A DNA stretch of 63,920 nt, filler included, from Hyphochytrium catenoides (lineage: Eukaryota; Protista; Hyphochytriomycota): assembly GCA_900088475.1 (NCBI GenBank). It is 6 parts of 6 records of this genome, joined end to end, with 100 filler letters (N's around TTAATTAATTAA, not from the genome) between each part and the next. Parts side by side here need not be neighbours in the genome. Positions count along the whole stretch, not along the records: positions 24,795 to 45,215 come from FLMG01004107.1; positions 45,316 to 51,879 come from FLMG01000389.1; 4 more parts are not named here. The stretch is one strand, 5' to 3'. This document shows positions 37,524-48,627 of the stretch, piece by piece. The notes under the pieces were generated by a model. The model had not been told where the DNA came from. It made no database searches and saw nothing but the letters and a program-made list of their open reading frames with translations. Position 1 is the stretch's first letter. Every line of letters begins with the position of its first letter. The position numbers and the translations under genes are program-made.

Positions 37524-38701
37524 TCAGCCCGATCTCTCTTTGTTTCTCACGAGAGCATTCATGATAGACTCGGACGCACCGGCAAGCACGTGATGCAATC
37601 GTTCTTCATGATAAGCCCGTTTGGCGGCTTCAATAAGTTCTCTTGCTTGGTCCTTTTTCTCTTCTTCAGGCAAAGCACGTAGAAAACTGTCGAGTAGCGG
37701 GAGGACTCTCTGATGCTCCCACCTAAGATCATAGGCTATCAGGTTATGCGCAGCGAGGGCGTACACGTAGTCTAACAACAATGCCCTGTCCTTCCCTTCC
37801 TCTTTTTGCTTCTCTAGTGCCAGTAACTTCATATAGTCCACCAGTTGGGTCGGTATGTTGCTATCCAGGTAGGTTAGATCATGGTATTCACTGTCACTGA
37901 TGATCTTATTAACTATGCGAAGGTACTCCAGTTGTAGAAGCAGAGACTCGTCCAGCACCGGCAAGAGCGGCTCCTGAGCACGTTACGCAGAGGCCCCAGC
38001 GGTGGAATCCAATGGACCAGCGCTCCAGGCGTCAACATCAATAGCAGTTCTAAGAGAATTCTTCCTGGCGATGAGACAAAATAAAGAGCCCTGGGAAAGG
38101 GGGCTTTCCGCGCCCTCTCAGCGGCCTTATTCCGAAGCCTTTCAACTACTCTAAGATCCTCAGGCTTGGATGACAGCTTTTCCCATGCCTCTTCTAACTT
38201 TGACGCGGAACCTTCGAGCCTCGTTTGCAGCTCGTTTATGCTATCACCTAACCTGCCAAGGTTTTGTTGGATGGCTGGGAGATCTTCGTGGGGAAAATAT
38301 GTGAAGATTGGCTCAATGATCTCAATGAACCGTGCCTTTCGTTTCTGGGCTTCCATTGTGCGGTCACGTATAATCGCGGCAGCTTGTTCAACCACTGCAT
38401 TGTCGGCCGGGGTCACCGGCTTTCTGCGGAGATGAAATTCAGTTTGTTGGCGGAGAAACATAGGAGGGAGGGCACCCTCAGAAGATCTACCCATAGCAAT
38501 TGTTGGGTCTCCATCTCTCAGCGTTTTTGTAGGAGCAGTCCTTTGAATGGTAGGAAGCCTTCGTCTTATGGCGGTGGGTTGACGACCAATGGCGGTCGCT
38601 GGGTAGAGAGAGAGATAAAGTAGACCGAGAACGAGAGGAGAGAAGAGTGCGACAAAGCGCGTTAGGCGAGCAGAGGAAGAAGGGGATGGCCTCTTCATCA
38701 T
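37524..38701 (-). CDS. Unknown helical protein with N-terminal signal/anchor; probably two exons
   Basis: Overlapping non-repetitive ORFs 37913-38785 and 37524-37964. Hydrophobic segment FVALFSPLVLGLLYLSLYPATA; acceptor gtgctcag near 37975 opens EPLLPVLDE in the second frame. The donor is ambiguous. Confidence 0.6.
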
Positions 38702-41700
38702 CTGCCTACACTCAGGTACTTCTTCAAGCTCCGCACTATGATGAGGACGCCAGAAGAGGGAGCAAGCACAAAATAGACCATCCATGCCGTGACTTTAAGG
38801 AGCCATCTTACCTACAAGGAGGCTCTCTCATCCATCACATCTGGATCTGTGGGTTAGCTGCTCAGTTCGATCTCCTGCCCCACGTTCTCCTGTCTCTCTC
38901 ATTTTTTTTTCTCATCCCTCTCCCTCTTGCCTTTCATACCACTGGAAACAAGAGAAATGATGTTTGAAGCCAGGAAGCAATCACTTAAAACGCTTTTTGT
39001 CCCCTCGCTCTTTTTCGTCGTAAGGCAAGGCTAGAACGAAGGTAAGATCCTGCTGCGAAAAGGCCTAGAGCGGCGAAGATTGAGGCGGCTAGCGTACAAA
39101 GGAGTTGATCTTAGAAAGACACGCAGCTTCACCCTTACTATACGGCTGGTGTTTATAATAACCACAGCTGGGAAGTGGGATCATCAACATCTTTAGCCGC
39201 TGTGGATGATGGTAATTGGGATGAGAGCATCAGACCTAACCCCAAGCAGTGAGCGACTAGGATAATTAGGGCCACTAATCGTAACGCTAAGCGGCGGTAT
39301 CATCGTCAGAATGGCGATTTCTCTCAAGCTTAGAATATAGAACAAAGTACTCGTAGTAGTATACGGACTCAGAAAGCGGTTCATCCGTTGCGCTTCTTTC
39401 GTTCTACTTTGTGAAGATGTGTACGAGTACCCTTCTTACGAACAGTGAGCTTTGGAATCCTATTTATGAAGGCTTAGGGTTAGGCAGAGAGTTTTCGCTC
39501 TCATCTGACCCAAGGAGACTGAGAACCTGCTCTTTGTGAGAGCCGGACTAGGAACATGACCATCAATCAATGAAAGCCGATAGTTCTATCTTGAGATCTG
39601 TGACATGTTGACAGTTGTACCGCGCTGTACACTAATTCTGCCATGCCCTGAGGCTGGCAATTCAGTTCCTTGCCATTTTGTCCGGATAGGTAGTTCTACT
39701 CTCTTTGCGGTGGGCTGTTCAGATCACATTCGACGGGTCCATCAGACAAGTCTCTCTTGTCTCAGAAGGCCCTTCCATGGGAGGCTTGGGTCAGGCATCC
39801 TATTTTTTTCATATAGCCTAATCAAAAGTTAGAAGTTACTCACAGAGGTATTGTAATTAGCTGTATGGTGTTTGGACAAGAAGTGACAGATGACAAGGAA
39901 GCTACTCTCTATTCCTTCTCTAATGATCACCATCACCGTTCATCATCCCTAACTGATATCTCTTGATCATGCAGCGACAAGGAATGTGATGCGTGATGCG
40001 AGACGGACAAAGATACGTGCAAGAGCCGTTCTATACGCGAATTAGGCACAGGGAGGGCAGGATCTTCCTACGTCCTACCTAACCGGGACACTTGCTTGTT
40101 ATAGGAAAAGGACGAGTTAGGTCAGAACTGCAGACTAACGCAAGAGAGAACAATCTCGGTCTTATTATCATTCTTATTAGTTTTATGCTGAGGTGATCTT
40201 TGCCACCTTTCACCCTTGACCCGAATGAGAAATAGAAGGAAGCACCACTAATAACTCCTACCTTTTTAGCTGACTACAGTTTTACCATACTGGTCCATGG
40301 AGTTGGTCCGTTATATTTATCAGGTAGGCCCGAGAGGCAGAACAAAGGCTACGTTATCTACGGATCAAAACTGCTGGTATCTCTTGAAACAATCGCCCCT
40401 TGGAAACTAACAGAACGAAATATAGACTTGAAAAATGGTTAGGTCTACCCCGAGCAGTGTGCGGTAATATTCACTGAAAGATACACCAATTTTCGCCCCT
40501 ATCCATCGCCGCTACTTCTCCTCAACCGACCAGAAGTGTCGCTCGCCTAATGAGCTGCGGCCACATTGCTACAGCAACACGGCAGACAGCAACAGCAGCG
40601 GCAACAGCAGCAACAGCAATGAACTCCAGGAATACTCTATATAAATCATCAGGCTACTACTTATAATGAAGCTAGCCGGCAGAGATTTTACAGAGCAGCC
40701 TAGCAGACCAGGAGCGGAGCTTGTTTGTTGAGAGAGGGAGAGGGAGAGGGTGGGAGAAGAGAAGAGGAGAGAGAGAGAGTGGGAGGAGAGAGAAAAGAGA
40801 GAATGAAAAGGCAAGAGGGCTTGGAGAAAGAGGGAGAGGAAGAGAGAGAGAGAGAAAGAGAGAGAAAGAGAGAGAGAAAGAGAGGGAGAAAGAGGAGAGA
40901 GGGAAAGAAGAGAAAGAAGAAGACGGCAGAAGTCGACAAAAGCGCTGGTGTGCAAGCAGCATCCAAAAGGCTTGCCAACAATCATAGGTAGTGCTTGCAA
41001 CCACGCTCCTATTCCTGCTTAGCGTAGGGTTAAGAGAGATAGATAGAAAGAGGGAGGGAGGGAGAAAGAGAATTGCGAGAAAAGAGAGAAGCAGTAGCGT
41101 GTGAGAGAGTACTACTTGATAGGAGAGAGAGCGATAGAGAGAAGAAATATGAAGAAATGGGAGGGCGGCGAGAACAGAAGAGGACGTAGCAAGATGGGAC
41201 TGAGGGGAGATCAGGAAAAGAGGCACAGATCTAGTGATGTTTCTGGTCACCAAACGTCCACATTTGACTCCTCACTCCTTTCTTGTAGCCCGCTAGCTCT
41301 TGTTGGTGGGACTGGCAGAGTCGGGTGGCGATAAGGCGAGATGAAGCAGTTTTTTTTAGAAGGGCGGGCCTGGTGCTGCAGAGGTTCTAACACCGGCGGC
41401 GTTCTAGCGAATTATTACGGCCTCCCCTCTTCTTCCTCTTTCTCTTCTTTCCTCCTGCTGCTCGTACGTATTTTTATCGAGATCCACCTCTTCTTCTTCT
41501 TAGGCTTCTTGTTGCTTGCTTTCTAAGCTCTCCTCGGCGTCGTACTCTATTGCTGGGTGTCCGGCTAGTCTGCGTTTCATAGAGATGGAGCTATTGTGCA
41601 GCACACATGGAAAAGCGTAGCTTATCATAAGCGACCACCCCCAACTCCTCTTCTTCGCTCAGCCATCAGAGTTTTATTCAAAACTGGCTCACTTATCCCT

Positions 41701-44700
41701 TTCGGAAGCACCGCCGCATCAGCTCTGAAGCCCATTACATCTTTTTGCGTTCTTCCTCTTCCCGCTAAGAAGCAGCCTCAATAAAGCTGCCACGGGTAGC
41801 CTTCCGCCCGCGTTCTTGTTGTCTTCTCCTCTTCTAGCCTGCACCCCAACACACATCTCTTTTATGAGTGTACATTCTCTCTCTTCTGTTTGACTACCAT
41901 CTGACCCGTTTCGTCCTGCCTGCTGCCGTCGACACTGTAACGAGCAGCAGACTCTAGAGGAAACGAAACCGGGAGTCAATATAGCCTTAGACGACTCTCA
42001 TTTCTAACGGTAATAAGCTGTCCAGGATGGCCGTCTTCTTGCAGCATCCTATTATCGATTACTCTTGTTTGCCCATTCTCTATTGTCTTTCTCTTTCCTT
42101 TCCTCACTCTGGCGTACTTCTCTCGAACTCAGCATCTCCTTAGATCCTTCGTTTCGGGCTTGCTCTCCCTCTTTCTCTCTTTTTGTCTGTCTTCAATTTC
42201 CTGTAGGTAACTGTCCCCTTCTCCCTCTCTCTGTCTATTTTCATATCCTCCCCCTCTTCTTCTGTTCTCCCGTCCTCCTGTTCCTGCTATTCTCTTCGGT
42301 CAAACTTTTGCCTGCCTCCGCTGCTCGCTCTATCTCTCTTTCTCTTCCTGTCCGGTAACCCCTCTGTCCTCTCAATCTCTCTGCCTTTTGCATCATTCAC
42401 TTTTAGGTATAAGCTCATTAGTACGCCGTCTGCTGGGCCGTCCTCTATTATTCCTCCCCAAGTTCCCTCCTTTTCCTGCAATACTTTCCCCTCGTTTATT
42501 GGACTGACACAAACAGCAAAAAAGTATAGAGATTCTCCATTCCAACCGGCATCTGCCTGTCTCCTACTTGCCCACTCTTCTATTCTCCTAGCCAAGTTTA
42601 AAGCGGTGGCCCTCTTGCTCTCTTTTTGAGTTAGCGCTTTAAAGGCTCTTTATTGTTCGCGCTTTCTTGGGAAGCCCCCACACTACTGTTTCAGTGCTTT
42701 TTAACTCTTCCTTTGATTAGCTCTTCCTCTAACGCTCTCTCAGATTGTCTCCACGTCGACATTTCCCTTTCCTTGTTGCCCTCTTTTTCGTGTGTCTCCG
42801 TTGCCTTAGTGGTTAGGATATCTCTTTCTCTCCCATTTTCCTGACAGGCTTCTCGGCCCCCCATCTTCTTTCCTTCTTGCGATGGTCGCCGTTTTATGAA
42901 TGGGTTAATTGATACCTAGCTGTTGCCACCACCGCTCCCGGTTGCTTCTGCTTTATTGGCCTCTTCCCTCCATCAATCTCACCCGCTATCTTCTCTACTA
43001 CTCTCTCTCTGGCGATACTCGGGGCTGCTCATCTTCTCACGTCTGCTGTAACCGTTTTCCACCTCCCCCTTTTAGCTGAGTGCTTCTCTTCTGGAACTTG
43101 ATGAATGATTAGTTTGTGAGCAGGTGCTCTTAACTGATAACTCTACCTACATCTCGACGCTTCACCAATAAGTGCCATCTTCTACATCACCAATAAGCCT
43201 ATCTCAACTCACACAGCTGAGCTCCTCTGAGTCTCTAAGAAGCCCTTCCATAGCTAGAGAGAGACAAGGAGGGAGGAGTACAAGATAGAAAACCAAGACA
43301 ACCTATCTCCTATCCTCCACATCAGCCAAGCAGCAGAAAGCCAGTTCCTCTATCGTCTCCATGTGCTTGCAGCCACAGGTTCCCAAGAGATGATGCTACA
43401 ATGCCACAAGTTCCCGAGAGATGCTGCTGCAATGAGTTCAGCACCACAAACTCCTACCACTGCCATATAGTCGTAACGCTCACTCTCGTAACACCCCTTT
43501 CTATCTGCCAAGTCCTCGCTCATTATCTCTCTGTCTTTTCTTCTCCTTGTTAATTTTCTCTTTATCTTCTTATTATACGTTTCAACGCCAAGACTTCAGC
43601 TTCCTACTGCCTGTTCTCTCCCTCAGCTGTTTCCAGCAAGTGTCTGTTAACCGATCTCTAAGTAGCAGCTTTCCTTCCCTTTTTCCCTGAGCGTCAACGT
43701 TTAACTAATTCCAGCGCTTCTCTATCACCTCATTGCTTCTCTATGTTCTATGAACTTCCTCTTCCATAGCACTCTTTCTCCTCTTTAGGTGAGGTGCCGG
43801 GCAGAATTCTGTGCAACGCGGGTTACAATAAAAAAGAGACCCAGGAATGGGATGAAAACGCTGCTAGTACGTGTAGGAGCACCACTTCGCAAGCAGAAGA
43901 GCAGAGGGGCATGGGAGGACACTTGGAACACAAGGCCACAAGCTTCTTTGCTAACGCCTTTGGTAGAAACCCACCTCAAAGCTGTTGTCTCCTTCTTCTT
44001 CATGCTTGACTCCATTCTCGTCAGAGAAAACAAATAAATAAACGGAACGGAGCTATACGGCTTGGCATAAATAAGAACAGTACAAGTGAATGGATTAAAC
44101 TGTAGACGAGGGAGACTCTAAAGGCCAACAGGTGCTGCGAAATTTGTACCGGTTAGCATGCGATGAAGGAAGCGCAGTCAGGAGCACAGATATGTATGTT
44201 GGTAGATCAACGATTAACCAGTATTTAATCAGCCGATAGATCCGAAATAGGTGCTCATCCTCCCGTGCCACCAATTGGCCAGCGTTGTCTCTGACGCCTT
44301 CATGATTTATTAACTAGACTACTAATCGATCCGTACAATAGAAGATGCTCCGTCAGTACCTTCGTGTGTTTGGGACAGAGCCATCACATCATGTGACTGA
44401 CTTTCTAACCTCAGAGGCTGCTGAGAAGTTAAGGGAGATTGTAAATAACCAGAGTAGATAGACCTCATTAGGTAGTAAGGTGAGGGACAGAAGAAATGAG
44501 GATCAGAAGAGTCAGTTCTGGAAGAAAAAGGAGCCCCCGAGATTTGCTGTAAGCTGATACCAGGGAGGCGGAAAGAAGTCTGTCCTGTCGATGAAGTCGT
44601 CGGGCCACGGGAGGGCAGATCGAGACCCTAACAAGAGAGAAGTCAGAATCTCTTCCCTTTTAGCAAAGACAAAGTCCGGGAGAGTGTTTCGTTTTCTCCT

Positions 44701-45215
44701 CAACAAGATAAGATATCGTCATCTCCTCTTTCTCGGGAGGATGAGGCACCTCTTGCTCTTCCGACAATCTCACCGAAAAGACATAGTACTGCCTCTCTCT
44801 CTCTTCTCCTTCCCCTAAACCACTACAATATCAATCTGACAGGCAATGCCGAAGCGATGAATTCCCTTTGCTGCAGCAGGGACCGAAAAGCGCAAGAACA
44901 ACACAGTCAGAGAGAGAACTTGACGATGGGCTCTCTCTCTCTCTCTCTTTCTCTTTCTGGCTCTCTCTCTCTCTCTCCGTCTCTCTTTCTCTCTCACTGC
45001 CTCTCTCTCTCTTCTTGTCTCTCTCTCTCTCTCTCGCTGTCTCTCTCTCTCCTCCTCTCTCTCTCTCGATCTATCTATCTCTACTCTTTTTCCTCTACCT
45101 TGCTTAATAAGCACCATAGTCTTACATCTCATTTACTTCCTTTACTCAAGAATATCTCTCTAGCGGGCGGAGAGACTGTGGCGGAAAAGTGGAGCTTCCT
45201 CTTTCTTCGTCTCCG

Positions 45216-45315
45216 NNNNNNNNNNNNNNNNNNNNNNNNNNNNNNNNNNNNNNNNNNNNTTAATTAATTAANNNNNNNNNNNNNNNNNNNNNNNNNNNNN
45301 NNNNNNNNNNNNNNN
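45216..45315. other. Artificial contig spacer
   Basis: TTAATTAATTAA at 45260-45271 inside an N block. Confidence 0.95.
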
Positions 45316-45803
45316 TCTCTCTCTCTCTCTCTCTCGTTCTCTGTCCCTCCTCCTCGCTTGCAACCCTGGTGCACGACGTAGCCTCACGTCCAATCTTCAA
45401 AAGTGCAACACCAGATAATCGGAAAAGAGCTCATCGGGATCTGACGCTTCATCCAGCAACAGCAGACAAAACGGGAGAAAGAAAGAAGCTTGGCTATCCT
45501 TCAAGACAGATCTTTGATAACCTACAAAAAGTTGAAGAGACAGCGAAGAGACAGAAGCTCGAGGAAAGACGAAGAGACACATCTACTCGAGGAGAGAGAG
45601 AAGCGGACGCCGCTAGAGCCAAAGATTGAATAACCCGCGGAAAGAGAGGGAGAGAAAGGAGTCNNNNNNNNNNNNNNNNNNNNNNNNNNNNNNNNNNNNN
45701 NNNTCTCTCTCTCTCTCTCTCACACACACACTCTCTCTCTCTCTCTCTCTCTCTCGCTCTCTCTCGCGCTCTCTCTCTCTCTTCTCACGCTTTCTCTATC
45801 TTG

Positions 45804-47792
45804 ATGAGCCTACCAGAGGGCATAGATCTCTCCCAGTGGAGACTGGAGGTTCTCTCCTTCCGGGAAGAGAATGATCAGATTCTCTACACTTTAGCTGTGC
45901 AGTGCCTTGCGCGTTCCTCTGACGGCTGGGAAGAGACGCTGCGGTGGGAGACAGACAAGCGGTACCAGCAGTTCAAAGACTTAGACCAGCGCCTTCATCA
46001 GAGCGGTGCCTCTTCTCTCTTGCGCTCTCTCCATCTTCCAAAAGAGAGAAAGAGCACGAACTGGTTCGGGGCAAAGAAGAATGGCCTTCAAATCTATGAG
46101 GATAACATGCTGGCGCTGCATCACTATGTCCAGTCATTGACACTGATAAAGTCTCTATGGGATCTCAAGGCCACAGGAGCGGCGCAGGAGTTGCACAAGT
46201 TCATTGGCTCTTCGAAGGTTATCGCCCAAGTTCTTAAGAAGCAAACGGCGAAACAAGGAGAGAAAGAGCCACAGGAACAAAGAAAAGAAAAAGAAGAAGA
46301 AGAAGAGGAAGGAGAGACACCAATCTCTCTTCACCGAGAGACGGAGCAGCCTACGACGTTCGCAGTGGAGAGAAATAAAGGGGAGAAGTCTCCTTACTCA
46401 TCCGTCACAGAGGAGGAGCAGCATCTTTTATACGATGCGCTTCTCAAGCACGTGACGGATGCTTGTCATGGCAATGAAGCCGTGATTAGGGCCTTCAAAA
46501 GGGCTTCAAAGCGTTATTCTAAGGGACAAATGCGAGAGAAAGAGTATCTTCTCTTTCTAGATGAATCCTTCTACCCGGCGTTCACGGACTGGCTGGTACC
46601 TAACGTGGTACATCTCTTCCCTGAAGAGAGATTGAGAGATGAGCTACAGAGAGAACTGAAGAGGATCAGAGAGGGAGAGAGTCACTTTGTCCAGAACATC
46701 TCTCCCCAGGTTGATTGTGAAGAGGACGGGTGGATGGAGAGAAATTCAAGAGAGAGACACAGCGCCAAAGAGAGAGAGAAACACGTGGACTATGTTGACT
46801 TTCTCTCCTCTCTCTTGGGAGGAGTTGACCTCTCTTTGGTTGACAATGCGCTAGCTCAACTCGTGACCCTTCGCCTGGTACGGGCAGTAGGCGGAAAGAA
46901 GAGTTCTCTCTTCTCTCTCAGGCAAATCTTCCGTCTCCTGCGCTCTGGCTCTTTCTCAAGCAAGGCTCTCGTGAAAGAAGTAGGAAAGCTTCTAGAGGGA
47001 GAAGAAGAGAGAGACGAGCCAATGGAGGTCATCCTCTCCCTCTGTCTACTTCTAGATGACAAAGAACTCCGTGCTTCTCTCCTTAAGGAGCTCTGCGAAG
47101 CAAGGAAAGAGTATCAGGGGATAGAATCTCTATCCTTGATAGAAGAAGTAGTGAAAGGCTTCCTAGTGAAAGGAGAAGAAGATGAGCCTTCACTTCCTCT
47201 CTCTTCTACTGACAGCGGTCGGAGAAGTGCGAGAACAGAACAGGTGTCAGGAAAGACAGAAAGCTCAACGGCGGCTTCCGAAGCTTCTCTGGAGAGAGAG
47301 CCAGAGCCTGCGTCTTCTCTCTATGCGGCCTCTGCGCCAAGATCCAGTAGAAGAGAGACACGGACAAGACGCCGTCAAAATAGCACGAAGAGCGTAAGAA
47401 GCGTGAAATCAGAGGGCGGAGGACTAGAGAAGATGAAGGAGGAGGAAGGTAGAGCGGCCAGAAGAAAGAGCAGAGCAACCGCTGGTTCTGCTCCCTCCAT
47501 TCCTGCGGTGAGAAGAGAGGCATACCTTGTGAGAAAGCGCTCTATCCCTGCTGGGACAGTGGAAGAAGGAGAAGAAATACCTCTGTGTGACTACGCGGAG
47601 CTCCAGGTACTAGAGAGCCCAGAGGGGAGAGAGCCAGAAGAAGACCCAGAAAGAGAGGTGGATGAGGAGAAAAGAGAAGAAGAAGCAAAGAAGAAAAAGA
47701 TTCTGAGCAGGCTGCAGAGCCAGGGAGGCATTAACATCTTTCAAGGTCTTCAGATGAAGGGCAAAAGCCAGGAAGCAGCAAGAGTTTGTTAG
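45804..47792 (+). CDS. PX-domain protein with two predicted small helical-bundle repeats, intronless
   Basis: ATG 45804. YTLAVQ...WETDKRYQQFKDLDQRL...LPK...LHHYVQSL fits a divergent PX domain. Two similar helical blocks follow (FKRASKRYSKGQM..KEYL..L..LFPEERLRDEL and LRQIFRLLRSGSFS..LLLDDKELRASL). Confidence 0.7.
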   Translation: MSLPEGIDLSQWRLEVLSFREENDQILYTLAVQCLARSSDGWEETLRWETDKRYQQFKDLDQRLHQSGASSLLRSLHLPKERKSTNWFGAKKNGLQIYEDNMLALHHYVQSLTLIKSLWDLKATGAAQELHKFIGSSKVIAQVLKKQTAKQGEKEPQEQRKEKEEEEEEGETPISLHRETEQPTTFAVERNKGEKSPYSSVTEEEQHLLYDALLKHVTDACHGNEAVIRAFKRASKRYSKGQMREKEYLLFLDESFYPAFTDWLVPNVVHLFPEERLRDELQRELKRIREGESHFVQNISPQVDCEEDGWMERNSRERHSAKEREKHVDYVDFLSSLLGGVDLSLVDNALAQLVTLRLVRAVGGKKSSLFSLRQIFRLLRSGSFSSKALVKEVGKLLEGEEERDEPMEVILSLCLLLDDKELRASLLKELCEARKEYQGIESLSLIEEVVKGFLVKGEEDEPSLPLSSTDSGRRSARTEQVSGKTESSTAASEASLEREPEPASSLYAASAPRSSRRETRTRRRQNSTKSVRSVKSEGGGLEKMKEEEGRAARRKSRATAGSAPSIPAVRREAYLVRKRSIPAGTVEEGEEIPLCDYAELQVLESPEGREPEEDPEREVDEEKREEEAKKKKILSRLQSQGGINIFQGLQMKGKSQEAARVC

Positions 47793-47916
47793 ATGGGGTG
47801 CTAGCGGGTGGTTACTGCTGAATGCTCTGCTATTTGTCCTTTTCTTTCCACTCTTTCCTTGATCCAAGGTAATTGTCACGCCCTTCATCCTTCCTTCCAC
47901 GTTCTCTCCTCTCTCT

Positions 47917-47966
<50 letters not shown>

Positions 47967-48627
47967 CCCTTCCCCCTCCCTCTCCCTCTCGCATAAGGTG
48001 CTCTCTCTCTTTTCTCACCCATCCCGCTTTCATCTCTCTCGTTAAAAGGAGCGCCCTCCGCGTCTCTCTCTCTCCTCGTCTCTCTCTCTCCGCGTCTCTT
48101 TTTCTCTCCGTGTCTCTCTCTCTCACTCTCTCCCTTTGTGAAGAGATTGTCTCCCCTCTGTGGTTCACCACCCTTTCGTTCCAACGGTTGGGTGCTGAAG
48201 TATCGTGGGCTTATCCTTCATTGATAAATGCTTGGATCTGTCTTTGTGTGACTTTTATGCTGAGCGTCTCGTTGTCTTTTCCTATCTGCGAGACCAGAGA
48301 TGCCAGACTACCTTCTTAAGACTCAATGTATATGTGCTGTTCATCAGCTGAGATACCGCGAAGCAGACCCTACTCCTAGGTGAGCTAGACTATGTCAAAA
48401 TGGCAGGCGCACGACGTGAAGAGACAGCCTAAGGGAAAAGAAGCTTGTGTGAGAGAGAGAGACAACGAGTAAGGACATGAGCAGAGAAGAGAGAAATAGT
48501 GAACCTTATGGGCTATGAAGGCCAACCGCAGAGAGAGAGAGAGAGAGAGTGCTGGCTACGTTGAACGTCATGACAGGAGAGCGGCTGCGTATATTTATCT
48601 TTGCTATTAGAACTCTTCGGTCACGTT

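Noticed and set aside
39000-39420. Alternative genetic code with TAG/TAA as Gln
   Set aside because: Intact genes in the window end in TAA, TAG and TGA and have no internal stops.
44500-45630. Short exon-like fragments either side of the 45.2-kb spacer
   Set aside because: Could be ends of truncated genes, but no consistent frame or motif supports a call.
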